A DNA stretch of 64,000 bases from Methylophilaceae bacterium (GTDB lineage: Bacteria > Pseudomonadota > Gammaproteobacteria > Burkholderiales > Methylophilaceae). The stretch covers positions 8,367 to 72,366 of the forward strand of contig DATBPY010000023.1 in NCBI GenBank assembly GCA_036561085.1. Direction: 5' to 3'. Under the pieces are notes generated by a model. The model was given only the letters and a program-made list of their open reading frames with translations. It had not been told where the DNA came from and made no database searches. The position numbers and the translations under genes are program-made. Each line of letters opens with the position of its first letter. Within the stretch, counting starts at the first letter, position 1. Shown here in pieces: positions 42,981-52,453 of the stretch.

Positions 42981-43912
42981 TCGCTACGTTTTTTCTGCGG
43001 CTCTCCGATGTGGGCCCGCCCTTGCTTTAGCGCTAATTCCACTTGCAACTGCCGTTCCGCGGCGCTGGCTCGCTTCTCTTCAGTCAGTTTTTCTATACAG
43101 TGCGGGCAGGAGACTCCCTGTACGAAGTCTGGCGACATCTTGTCTTCTGCAGAAATCGGATGGCGGCAGGTGTAACACTGATCGTAATGTCCGAGTTCCA
43201 ATCCTTGCCCAACCGCTACCCGCTGGTCGAACACAAAACATTCGCCCTGCCACAGGCTTTGTTCGGCAGGAACTTCTTCCAGGTATTTCAGTATCCCGCC
43301 CTGGAGATGGTAAACCTCTTCAAACCCTAGTTCCATCATCAATGAACTGGCTTTTTCACAACGTATACCCCCGGTGCAAAACATGGCGACTTTTTTATGT
43401 TTGGCCGGATCAAGATTCTTTTCCACGTATTCAGGGAACTCCCTGAACGTAGTAGTATGGGGATCGAGTGCGCCACGAAAGGTACCGATGTCATGCTCAT
43501 AACTATTACGCGTGTCGATCAGCACCACCTCAGGATCTGAAATAAGATCATTCCAGGCTTGCGGTGCGACATAAGTCCCCACTTTGTGGGTAGGGCTGAT
43601 ACCCGCAACTCCCAGAGTCACGATCTCTTTTTTCAGTCGCACTTTCATGCGGTAAAAAGGTGTTTTCACGGCAAGCGATTCTTTATGCTCGATATCTTGC
43701 AATCGAACATCCGCTTTGAGAAAAGCCATGAGCGCATCGATTCCTGCACGACTTCCTGCAACTGTACCGTTAATGCCTTCCTCAGCCAATAATAGCGTAC
43801 CTTTCAGCTTTTGCAGGAGGCAAAAATCCAGTAGCTTGGGCTGCAATTCGCGATAATCCGGCAGCTTGGCGAATTTATATAAAGCAGCGACGACGATGGA
43901 TGGATCAGACAC
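42977..43912 (-). CDS. trhO: rhodanese-domain tRNA U34 hydroxylase TrhO (YceA/UPF0176)
   Basis: Rhodanese active site '[12 protein letters not shown]' and a C-terminal Cys cluster 'CYTCRHP...CPHC'. Confidence 0.85.
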   Translation of the reverse strand: MSDPSIVVAALYKFAKLPDYRELQPKLLDFCLLQKLKGTLLLAEEGINGTVAGSRAGIDALMAFLKADVRLQDIEHKESLAVKTPFYRMKVRLKKEIVTLGVAGISPTHKVGTYVAPQAWNDLISDPEVVLIDTRNSYEHDIGTFRGALDPHTTTFREFPEYVEKNLDPAKHKKVAMFCTGGIRCEKASSLMMELGFEEVYHLQGGILKYLEEVPAEQSLWQGECFVFDQRVAVGQGLELGHYDQCYTCRHPISAEDKMSPDFVQGVSCPHCIEKLTEEKRASAAERQLQVELALKQGRAHIGEPQKKRSD

Positions 43913-44024
43913 ACGGATTTCCTATGGTTGCAGCATCCCAGAAAATGCGGGTGCTAATAAACTTGTTACTCATGAAAAGGTCTTATAAAAAGAGTGGTTC
44001 GGGAAAAATGGTAGGATATAACAT

Positions 44025-45035
44025 ATGAAATCCAATGTTGACAACATCTCGCCGTTAATTGATCGCTTCGGGCGTAAGGTGGACTATATCCGTTTGTCTA
44101 TCACCGACCGTTGTGACTTTCGTTGCCTCTATTGCATGAGCGAAGAGATGACATTCTTGCCGCGTGAGGAAGTTTTGACGCTGGAGGAATGCGCGCGACT
44201 GGTAAAAGTCTTTGTAGGCTTGGGTGTAAACAAGGTGCGGATCACCGGGGGCGAGCCGTTGGTACGCAAGAACGCGCTGTGGTTATTTAACGAGATCGGA
44301 CAACTGCCGGGGTTGCGTGAACTAGTGACCACCACCAACGGTTCGCAACTTGAACAGTATGCAGATGCGTTGCGTGCAGCAGGTGTCGACCGTATCAATA
44401 TCAGTGTAGATAGTCTGGATGCACAGCGCTTCAAACGAATCACGCGTACTGGAGACTTGAATAAGGTATTGCGCGGCCTGGCAGCAGCCAAAAAGGCCGG
44501 TTTCAAAGGCATCAAGATCAATACAGTATTGATGCACGGCATCAATGATGATGAAGCTGAAGGTCTTGTGCAGTTCGCGGTAGAGCACGAGGTTGACATC
44601 TCTTTCATCGAAGAAATGCCGCTGGGCGAAGTAGACCACAGTCGCGATTCCTCTTGCGTAAGCAATGACGAGACGCTGATCAGACTGCAAAAGTCTTTTA
44701 CGCTGATCCCTAGCACCGAGAATACAGGCGGCCCTGCGCGATATTGGCGTATTCCGAACAGCAAGACTAAGGTCGGTTTTATCTCTCCGCACAGCCATAA
44801 TTTTTGTGAAGCCTGCAATCGGGTACGTATCACCTGCAATGGTCAATTGTATTTATGTCTGGGGCAGGACGACAAAGTGGACTTGATGACCATACTGCGC
44901 GAACATCCTGAGGATGATGAACCGTTGCGCGTCGCCATCCTGCAAAGTATGCAAGTCAAACCCAAAGGGCACGATTTCGATTTGAGGCGTGTTCAGCCGG
45001 CCGTAGTACGTTTCATGTCAGTCACCGGCGGTTAA
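44025..45035 (+). CDS. moaA: GTP 3',8-cyclase (molybdenum cofactor biosynthesis protein A)
   Basis: Radical-SAM 'CDFRCLYC' and C-terminal 'FCEACNRVRIT'. Confidence 0.95.
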   Translation: MKSNVDNISPLIDRFGRKVDYIRLSITDRCDFRCLYCMSEEMTFLPREEVLTLEECARLVKVFVGLGVNKVRITGGEPLVRKNALWLFNEIGQLPGLRELVTTTNGSQLEQYADALRAAGVDRINISVDSLDAQRFKRITRTGDLNKVLRGLAAAKKAGFKGIKINTVLMHGINDDEAEGLVQFAVEHEVDISFIEEMPLGEVDHSRDSSCVSNDETLIRLQKSFTLIPSTENTGGPARYWRIPNSKTKVGFISPHSHNFCEACNRVRITCNGQLYLCLGQDDKVDLMTILREHPEDDEPLRVAILQSMQVKPKGHDFDLRRVQPAVVRFMSVTGG

Positions 45036-45064
45036 TCCGTTGGTGAGATTGAAGGTATCGGGGT

Positions 45065-45634
45065 ATGAAAATCACGGGTATCGTTTTGGCAGGGGGGCTA
45101 GGCCGTCGCATGGGTGGCGTGGACAAAGGTCTGATGACATTGCATGGCAGGACAATGGTGCAGCATGTGCTGGAACGTTTGGCTCCACAGGTAGACGAAT
45201 TGTTAGTGAATGCTAACCAGAATCTTGAACAATATGCCGCTTTTGGCTATCGCGTCATTGCAGACAACCTATCTGAATATGCCGGGCCTTTAGCGGGATT
45301 ACAAGCCGGTTTGACTGAGGCACGCAATGACTGGGTGGCAACAGTGCCTTGCGATTCACCGTTTTTACCGCTCGATTTGATTGCGCGATTAAAAGCAGCT
45401 TTGCTGGAACATAAAACTGAGGTTGCGATAGCAACGACCTTAGGCCAACCGCATCCCGTGTTTTGTCTTTGTCAGCGTAGCGTGCTGCCGCATCTGACAT
45501 CCTTTCTGGATAGCGGGGGGCGCAGATTCGAGATGTGGTATGCCGATTTGAAAGTGGTAGAAGTCAATTTCGACGATCAAGCCGATGCCTTCAAAAACAT
45601 CAATACACCGCAGGAATTGGCAGCGGAAAATTGA
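45065..45634 (+). CDS. mobA: molybdenum cofactor guanylyltransferase
   Basis: 'GIVLAGGLGRRMGGVDKGL' N-terminus. Confidence 0.9.
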   Translation: MKITGIVLAGGLGRRMGGVDKGLMTLHGRTMVQHVLERLAPQVDELLVNANQNLEQYAAFGYRVIADNLSEYAGPLAGLQAGLTEARNDWVATVPCDSPFLPLDLIARLKAALLEHKTEVAIATTLGQPHPVFCLCQRSVLPHLTSFLDSGGRRFEMWYADLKVVEVNFDDQADAFKNINTPQELAAEN

Positions 45635-46146
45635 CTACGCCCTTACTCGGATTCTGCGCATACGCTAGCGGCACGGGCAAAACAACTCTGCTCATCAGTC
45701 TCATTCCTTTATTAAATGAGGCTGGCTTGCGCATATCGGTCATCAAACATACTCACCATCCTGTTGATATCGATCAACCGGGCAAGGACAGTTACAGATT
45801 ACGCAAATCCGGCGCAGTACAGATGTTGTTGAGTTCAAATGAGCGATTGGCATTGATGACTGAGCGAACGCGGGCGGAAAAAGATACTGAGCCTGATTTG
45901 CAAGAGCTGTTGCGCCAAATGGACACCAGCCTCGCGGATTTGATCGTAGTAGAAGGATTCAAACATGCACCTATTCCCAAAATAGAGATTTATCGTCCTT
46001 CCCTAGGTACTCCATTGCTGGCGGAACATGATGCGCACATTATCGCTATTGCCGCAGACGGTGAAGTGAAAACCAAACTGCCGGTACTGGATCTGAATAA
46101 TCCGGTTAACATTTGCGCATTCGTACAGACGTGGTTGAAGGGGTAG
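45631..46146 (+). CDS. mobB: molybdopterin-guanine dinucleotide biosynthesis adapter MobB
   Basis: Walker A 'SGTGKTTL' and 'VIKHTHH'. TTG at 45631 overlaps the mobA stop. Confidence 0.8.
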   Translation: MTTPLLGFCAYASGTGKTTLLISLIPLLNEAGLRISVIKHTHHPVDIDQPGKDSYRLRKSGAVQMLLSSNERLALMTERTRAEKDTEPDLQELLRQMDTSLADLIVVEGFKHAPIPKIEIYRPSLGTPLLAEHDAHIIAIAADGEVKTKLPVLDLNNPVNICAFVQTWLKG

Positions 46147-46163
46147 ATGATGAGTACAAGTAA

Positions 46164-47432
46164 ATGAGTAAAGATAAAGTGGATTTCATAGCCGCCAGTT
46201 GCACTGATGATTACGATCCGAATTCGATGCCGGTGGAGCAGGCTAGGCGGCTTATACGGCAATACCTTACTCCTGTGCATGACCAGGAATCGTTACCCAT
46301 TCGTGAAGCTTTGGGACGAGTATTGGCGGCCGATATATTGTCGCCTTGCAATGTACCTAATCATGACAATTCAGCGATGGATGGCTACGCTTTTAATGGC
46401 GATGACATTGCAACTGAAATTGCGCTGAAGTTGATCGGCACGGCTTTCGCCGGAAAACCCTATAGCGGAAAAGTAGGTCGCGGCGAATGCGTGCGCATCA
46501 TGACGGGCGCGGTGATGCCGGATAAAACCGATACCGTGGTTCCGCAAGAGCAGGCGCAAGTCGAAGGCGAAAGCGTAACTTTTATGGCAGGACCCAAGCG
46601 CGGCCAGCATCGCCGTTTTGCGGGTGAAGATTTGAAGTTGGGGCAAGTGGTATTGTCTAGGGGGCATTTGATCCGGCCGGCGGATTTGGGGTTGGTAGCA
46701 TCACTGGGCATGGGAGAAGTGAGCATGTACCGCAGCTTACGAGTAGCTTTCTTTTCCACGGGCGATGAACTTACTGGTGTCGGCCAGGCGTTGGAAACGG
46801 GACAAGTCTACGATAGCAACCGCTACACCATTTACGGCATGTTGATGAGGCTGGGTGTAGAAGTGATCGATATGGGAGTGGTGCGTGACGATCCCGCTTT
46901 GCTGGAACAAGCGCTGATCACCGCCTCAACCTCTGCCGATGTCGTGATGACAAGCGGCGGTGTCTCCGTAGGCGAAGCCGATTTCATGAAGCTGCTATTA
47001 GAAAAGCTGGGCCAGGTAGTGTTTTGGAAAATCGCCATGAAACCGGGACGACCGTTGGCGTACGGTAAAGTCGGCAATGCGCATTATTTTGGATTGCCTG
47101 GCAATCCGGTGTCAGTGATGGTGACTTTCTATCAGTTCGTGCGCGAGGCCTTGCTGCTGTTGATGGGAAACAGCCATCCAACGGCGATACCGTTGTTGTC
47201 CGCCATGTGTGTCGACGAGATCAAAAAAGCGCCCGGGCGCACGGAATTCCAGCGCGGGATATTAAGCCGGGGTGCCGAGGGTGCATGGAAAGTACGCCTT
47301 ACGGGCAACCAAGGCTCGGGTATATTAAGCTCAATGAGCGAAGCCAATTGCTTTGTGGTGTTGGCTGAAGATTGCGCCAATGTGCCTGCAGGAACCGTAG
47401 TGCAAGTACAAATTATGGACGGATTGGTGTAA
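46164..47432 (+). CDS. moeA: molybdopterin molybdotransferase
   Basis: 'NSAMDGYA', 'TSGGVSVGEADF' and 'KPGRPL' motifs. Confidence 0.9.
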   Translation: MSKDKVDFIAASCTDDYDPNSMPVEQARRLIRQYLTPVHDQESLPIREALGRVLAADILSPCNVPNHDNSAMDGYAFNGDDIATEIALKLIGTAFAGKPYSGKVGRGECVRIMTGAVMPDKTDTVVPQEQAQVEGESVTFMAGPKRGQHRRFAGEDLKLGQVVLSRGHLIRPADLGLVASLGMGEVSMYRSLRVAFFSTGDELTGVGQALETGQVYDSNRYTIYGMLMRLGVEVIDMGVVRDDPALLEQALITASTSADVVMTSGGVSVGEADFMKLLLEKLGQVVFWKIAMKPGRPLAYGKVGNAHYFGLPGNPVSVMVTFYQFVREALLLLMGNSHPTAIPLLSAMCVDEIKKAPGRTEFQRGILSRGAEGAWKVRLTGNQGSGILSSMSEANCFVVLAEDCANVPAGTVVQVQIMDGLV

Positions 47433-47437
47433 AGTAT

Positions 47438-47465
47438 TTGTTTTACAGGCACTTACGTCTATAAT
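47438..47465 (+). promoter_or_regulatory. candidate sigma70-like promoter TTGTTT-16 nt-TATAAT immediately upstream of flhB
   Basis: The -10 TATAAT (47460-47465) lies only 10 nt before the flhB ATG. Sequence-only call. Confidence 0.3.
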
Positions 47466-47475
47466 CTGAGACACT

Positions 47476-48633
47476 ATGGCAGAACAAGAAAGCGACCTTG
47501 AAAGAACCGAGCCGGCCTCGCAACGAAGGCTGGACGAGGCTCGCGAGAAAGGCAACATCCCGCGCTCCAGAGAGCTCAACACATTCGCCATCACCATGGC
47601 TGGGGCAGTTTCGCTGCTGATATTGGGTGCTGGGTTCGCAGATGGCTTGCGTGCGCTGATGCAGCACTGGTTCACATTCAATTATCGCATGCTGTCAGAC
47701 CCCATGTTGATGTGGCATGGTTTTATAGATTCAGTCATCGCCGTGCTATTTTTATTTATCCCTTTTATGGTGATTCTGGTGTTGGCAGCTCTCATGGCAC
47801 CGATGTCGATCGGCGGTTGGATGTTCAGTTCGGATGCGCTACAGCCGGATTTCAGCCGCCTTAATCCATTAAAAGGTTTCGCCCGCGTTTTTTCCCTGAA
47901 TGGTTTGGCAGAACTGGTGAAAGCGATATTCAAGGCACTCTTGGTAGGCGGCTTGGGTTTCTGGATCATCTGGGGAAAAAGGGAAGAGATACTGAGTCTT
48001 GCTGCTGAGCCCGTCAGTGGTGGCATTCCGCATGCGTTGCATATCATGGCATGGAGTTTTGTAATGATCACTGCGGCGATGCTGGTGATCGTTCTTATGG
48101 ATGTGCCCTATCAGCTTTGGCAATACCATCACAAACTACGCATGACCAAAGAAGAAATACGCAAAGAAATGCGCGAGAGCGAAGGCGATCCGCATATCAA
48201 AGGGCGTATTAGATCTTTACAACGCGAAGCAGCACGCAAACGCATGATGGCCGAAGTGCCTACGGCAGACGTGATTGTTACCAACCCTACTCACTACGCA
48301 GTCGCTTTGCTTTATAAGCCGGAAAGCATGCGTGCGCCTAAAGTACTGGCCAAGGGTAGCTATCTACTGGCCCAACGCATCCGTGAGTTGGGCGAGGAAA
48401 ACAATGTACCCATCCTGGAAGCCCCTTCTTTGGCACGTGCGCTTTACCGACATGCAGAGATAGAACAAGAGATACCTTCTGCATTGTTTGCGGCGGTGGC
48501 CGAAGTTCTGGCGTATATTTACCAACTTCACAGCTATAATAGCGGCGAAGGTGCGCAACCATTGATGCCTAAAGATCTGCCGGTGCCCAAGGAATTGGAT
48601 TTCGAGCCGCCGGAAGATGCAGTGTTTAACTAA
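47476..48633 (+). CDS. flhB: flagellar type III export apparatus protein FlhB
   Basis: N-terminus 'EQESDLERTEPASQRRLDEAREKGNIPRSRE' and autocleavage site 'NPTH'. Confidence 0.9.
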   Translation: MAEQESDLERTEPASQRRLDEAREKGNIPRSRELNTFAITMAGAVSLLILGAGFADGLRALMQHWFTFNYRMLSDPMLMWHGFIDSVIAVLFLFIPFMVILVLAALMAPMSIGGWMFSSDALQPDFSRLNPLKGFARVFSLNGLAELVKAIFKALLVGGLGFWIIWGKREEILSLAAEPVSGGIPHALHIMAWSFVMITAAMLVIVLMDVPYQLWQYHHKLRMTKEEIRKEMRESEGDPHIKGRIRSLQREAARKRMMAEVPTADVIVTNPTHYAVALLYKPESMRAPKVLAKGSYLLAQRIRELGEENNVPILEAPSLARALYRHAEIEQEIPSALFAAVAEVLAYIYQLHSYNSGEGAQPLMPKDLPVPKELDFEPPEDAVFN

Positions 48634-48684
48634 AGATTAACCAAGCAATTAATTAAGTAAAAAGCAGCACACAGGAGTGCGTGA

Positions 48685-50760
48685 ATGGCGATTGAAGCCC
48701 CAAAAGTAGGGATGCGGGAATTTGCACTACCACTGCTCATCATCATGATTCTGGGCATGATGGTATTGCCCCTGCCTACCATTTTGCTCGATCTGTTATT
48801 CACCTTCAATATCGCTTTGGCCATGATCGTCATCATGGTCAGTATCTACACCCTTAAACCTTTGGATTTCGCAGCATTTCCTACAGTGCTGCTGCTGACG
48901 ACATTGCTGCGTCTGTCGCTGAATGTGGCTTCGGCGCGTGTCGTGCTGCTGCAGGGGCATACCGGGCCGGACGCGGCTGGTAAGGTGATCGAAGCCTTCG
49001 GCCACTTCCTGGTGGGCGGTAATTACGCCGTCGGTATCATCGTGTTCACCATTCTGGTGATCATCAATTTCGTGGTAATTACCAAAGGTGCCGGCCGTAT
49101 CGCTGAAGTGAGCGCACGGTTCACTTTGGACGCGATGCCGGGTAAGCAAATGGCCATCGATGCCGACCTCAATGCCGGCATGATAGGCGAAGACGATGCC
49201 AGAAGGCGTCGTGCAGAAATCGCGCAAGAAGCAGATTTTTACGGCGCCATGGACGGTGCCAGTAAGTTCGTGCGCGGTGACGCCGTAGCCGGTATTTTGA
49301 TCGTATTCATTAACATTATCGGCGGTTTGATCGTCGGTATGGTGCAGCATGGGCTGGATTTCGCCACTGCACTGAACAATTACACGTTGCTCACCATCGG
49401 TGACGGCCTGGTAGCGCAAATCCCCGCGCTGATCATCTCTACTGCCGCAGGTATCGTGGTGACCCGAGTCGGCGGCGATGACGATAAAGACATCGGTACC
49501 CAACTGTTGGGTCAGATGTTTGCAAACTCCAAAGTGCTATACCTCACTGGCGGGCTATTGTGCATCATGGGCTTGATCCCTGGTATGCCACACTTCGCTT
49601 TCCTGTTGTTGGGTAGCGGTGCCGCCTGGATAGGCTATACCATGGACAAGCGTGCCCGTCTGGCGATTGAAGGTACTGATAACGTCAAAGCCGTATTGCC
49701 TCCGCCTACCGACGAGATGCCGGAAGTGGGCTGGGAAGATGTGCAGTCGGTAGACGTGATCGGTCTGGAAGTCGGCTATCGCCTGATTCCGTTAGTGGAT
49801 CGTGGGCAAGATGGCGAATTGCTGCGTCGTATTCGGGGTATCCGTAAGAAGTTTGCATTGGATTCCGGGTTTCTGGTTCCCCCCGTGCATATCCGCGACA
49901 ATCTTGAATTGAAGCCGAATGTTTATCGCGTGGTGCTCAAAGGCGTAGAGATCGGCCAAGGCGAAGGTTTTGTGAACCAATACCTTGCCATTAATCCAGG
50001 TCGCGTGAGCGGTGAGTTGATCGGCGTACAAACCAAAGACCCGACTTTCGGTTTGCCTGCGGTATGGATCGAGAATGAAATGCGCGACCAAGCACAAGCT
50101 TATGGTTATACCGTGGTAGATGCATCTACCGTGATCGCGACCCATCTTTCCAATGTGATCCAAACGCATGCTTCTGAATTGCTGGGACGAGAAGAAACAC
50201 AGCAATTGGTGGATCGTGTGGCTAAAGAATCGCCCAAGCTGGTGGAAGATCTTATTCCCAAGACCTTGCAGCTCAGTACCTTGCAGAAAGTGTTGCAGAA
50301 CCTGTTGGCTGAAGGCGTGCATATCCGTGACATGCGTACCATATTGGAAGTATTGGCGGATCACGCGATGCGTACCCAGGATACGGAAGTGCTGACCGCG
50401 GCTGTGCGTACCGCCTTGGGTCGTGCCATTACCCAGCAGCTATTCGCCGGTAATGAAGAGATACAGGTGATCGCGCTTGAACCTCGTTTGGAAAGTATGT
50501 TGATGCATGCCACGCAGACTCCGGGCATGGATGGCCCAGGGCTGGAACCAGGTCTGGCAGAGCAATTGCTGGAAGGCGTCAGTCAATCTGCTGCCGAGCA
50601 GGAGCAGATGGGTGTGCCTTCGGTGTTGCTGGTGCCCAGCCAGTTGCGTTCCGTATTGTCGCGTTTTCTGCGCCGCTCCGTACCTAATCTCAGCGTGCTG
50701 GCCCATAACGAGATTCCGGATGGCCGCACCATCCGCATCGTGCACACTGTTGGCGGTTAA
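48685..50760 (+). CDS. flhA: flagellar type III export apparatus protein FlhA
   Basis: Collinear with E. coli FlhA as I remember it ('MVLPLP..LLDLLFTFNIAL', 'GAGRIAEVSARFTLDAMPGKQMAIDADL'). 691 aa. Confidence 0.95.
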   Translation: MAIEAPKVGMREFALPLLIIMILGMMVLPLPTILLDLLFTFNIALAMIVIMVSIYTLKPLDFAAFPTVLLLTTLLRLSLNVASARVVLLQGHTGPDAAGKVIEAFGHFLVGGNYAVGIIVFTILVIINFVVITKGAGRIAEVSARFTLDAMPGKQMAIDADLNAGMIGEDDARRRRAEIAQEADFYGAMDGASKFVRGDAVAGILIVFINIIGGLIVGMVQHGLDFATALNNYTLLTIGDGLVAQIPALIISTAAGIVVTRVGGDDDKDIGTQLLGQMFANSKVLYLTGGLLCIMGLIPGMPHFAFLLLGSGAAWIGYTMDKRARLAIEGTDNVKAVLPPPTDEMPEVGWEDVQSVDVIGLEVGYRLIPLVDRGQDGELLRRIRGIRKKFALDSGFLVPPVHIRDNLELKPNVYRVVLKGVEIGQGEGFVNQYLAINPGRVSGELIGVQTKDPTFGLPAVWIENEMRDQAQAYGYTVVDASTVIATHLSNVIQTHASELLGREETQQLVDRVAKESPKLVEDLIPKTLQLSTLQKVLQNLLAEGVHIRDMRTILEVLADHAMRTQDTEVLTAAVRTALGRAITQQLFAGNEEIQVIALEPRLESMLMHATQTPGMDGPGLEPGLAEQLLEGVSQSAAEQEQMGVPSVLLVPSQLRSVLSRFLRRSVPNLSVLAHNEIPDGRTIRIVHTVGG

Positions 50761-50832
50761 AAGAGAGCCTGAACGAGCCCCCATTTCCGTTGTCTACTGC
50801 TATATCCACAGTGTTACTTTGAAGGATTTCTG

Positions 50833-51612
50833 ATGAAACGGTTTTTTGTCCTGCTCTGCTTATTAACCTGCAGTTTTTTAAGCCTGAATGCATTTGCGGA
50901 AGCGGACTCCAATCTATGGCCGGTGCTGAAAAAAAGCTTCTTCGGCGACAAACAGATCGATGCTGCTGGTTCCATGAAGCTGGAAGGACCGAGACGCGCT
51001 GAAAGCGGTGCGCAAGTGCCCATCACTTTGACCATAGATAAGCCGGATGCCTTCAAGAATGTATATCTGTTCGTGGATGCCAATCCCATTCCTTTGGCTG
51101 CGGTATACCACTTCACGGCACTTAACGGCAAAGCACAGTTATCTACTCGCATTCGCATGCAGACCGATTCCTTCATTCATGCCGTGGGCGAGACTGCCGA
51201 CGGTAAATTGTCTATGGCTGATATGGTGATACGTGCAGCGGGTGGCTGCGGCGGGGCGGTGGATGGCGACGATACGGAAATTCGCGCGGCCGCCGGCAAA
51301 ATCAAGCTAAGCGTGGAAACACCGGTCAAGTTCGGTGAAGCTAACCCGGTCACGTTTTTAATCAAGCACCCCATGTTCACAGGTCTGCAGCGTGATTTAG
51401 TCTCCGGAGGCTATAAACCGGCATTCTTCATCAGCAAGGTAAGTTTCAGCTATAACAGCAAACCGGTAATGGACGCTGACTTCGGTGTGGCAATTTCAGA
51501 AGATCCTTACATGCGCTTCTTTTACTTGCCTGATGCACCGGGAAAGCTTGATGTGACTGCCTTGGATAACGAAGGCAAAGCATTCACTCATGAGGTGAAT
51601 GTCAGTAATTAA
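50833..51612 (+). CDS. periplasmic SoxY-SoxZ fusion, quinoprotein-dehydrogenase-associated SoxYZ-like carrier
   Basis: Signal peptide, then a SoxY-like half ending in the carrier motif 'AAGGCGG'. The SoxZ-like half carries 'IKHPMFTGLQRD'. Confidence 0.75.
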   Translation: MKRFFVLLCLLTCSFLSLNAFAEADSNLWPVLKKSFFGDKQIDAAGSMKLEGPRRAESGAQVPITLTIDKPDAFKNVYLFVDANPIPLAAVYHFTALNGKAQLSTRIRMQTDSFIHAVGETADGKLSMADMVIRAAGGCGGAVDGDDTEIRAAAGKIKLSVETPVKFGEANPVTFLIKHPMFTGLQRDLVSGGYKPAFFISKVSFSYNSKPVMDADFGVAISEDPYMRFFYLPDAPGKLDVTALDNEGKAFTHEVNVSN

Positions 51613-51652
51613 TCGTAATTGAACGAGCCGGATTAACTTAATGCGGCGCAAC

Positions 51653-51686
51653 AAATAGAAATGGGCGCTATGCGCCCATTTCTATT
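51653..51686. terminator. bidirectional hairpin between the convergent SoxYZ-like and cytochrome b561 genes
   Basis: AAATAGAAATGGGCGC-TAT-GCGCCCATTTCTATTT, a 16-nt perfect inverted repeat with A/T-rich flanks on both sides. Confidence 0.7.
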
Positions 51687-51710
51687 TGAAAATTGCCGGT
51701 AATTCCGAAG

Positions 51711-52304
51711 CTATTTACCGAGTGACATGCGCCTCATGACCTCATCCTTGTCTACGATCATGTGTTTTAAGGCGGCCAGCATATGGATTACAACCAGAGT
51801 CACTAGCAGCCATGCGATCGTCTCGTGTATCTCCTTGAAGACGAGGCGCAGGGGTTCATTGTCAAGACCGGTGATGACAGGGATGCCGAACCATTTCACA
51901 CCGTATTTGCTATAGGCACCCATGATCAGGCCGCTTAGCGGCATCAGGAACATCAACAAATAGAGCAAGTGATGGGATGCATGAGCGGCTTTTTGTTGCC
52001 AAGCGACCATAGAGGCTGGCAAAGGCGGTGCAGCATGGGTGAGACGCCAGAGGATACGCAGTAATATCAAGGCGGCGACAGTAATACCGAATGATTTATG
52101 CAAATTGAAATAATAGGATCTGAGAGAGATAGCTTCAGTGAACTGTACGGTATGCAGGTGCCAATTGAATAGATCAACAGACATGACCTTGGCAGCATCT
52201 TTGGGCAAGGTAGACATATACCAACCTAAAGCCAGCATGCCGATTATCATTACCGCAATCAGCCAGTGCAGGATAATGGCAACTTTGGTGTAGCGTGTGT
52301 TCAT
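51711..52304 (-). CDS. cytochrome b561 family (CybB-like) membrane protein
   Basis: 'KVAIILHWLIAV', four TM helices with conserved His ('HKSFG', 'HHLLY', 'IHMLAALKH'). A GGAGA sequence precedes the ATG at 52304. Confidence 0.8.
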   Translation of the reverse strand: MNTRYTKVAIILHWLIAVMIIGMLALGWYMSTLPKDAAKVMSVDLFNWHLHTVQFTEAISLRSYYFNLHKSFGITVAALILLRILWRLTHAAPPLPASMVAWQQKAAHASHHLLYLLMFLMPLSGLIMGAYSKYGVKWFGIPVITGLDNEPLRLVFKEIHETIAWLLVTLVVIHMLAALKHMIVDKDEVMRRMSLGK

Positions 52305-52453
52305 GTAATATCTCCATATCAAACATTGAAAAATTACTGCGCTTAATTAGTCCGAGGCGCATGCTTTAAGTTCATGGCAACCAGATGACATGCGCGCGGT
52401 CAAAAGTATGACCGTCATCATAACCTGAACTCCTAATACAGAGGTTTAACATA

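Noticed and set aside
43913-44024. Possible Moco riboswitch in the 112-nt moaA leader
   Set aside because: I could not find the conserved Moco-motif helices or loop sequences by eye. The region is AT-rich and unstructured. A covariance-model scan would settle it.
52386-52418. TGAC/GTCA inverted repeats (TGAC-N9-GTCA and ATGAC-C-GTCAT) in the divergent b561/MBL promoter region
   Set aside because: The half-sites are only 4 to 5 nt, so dozens of such palindromes are expected by chance in 64 kb. This is not enough to call an operator without comparative or binding data.
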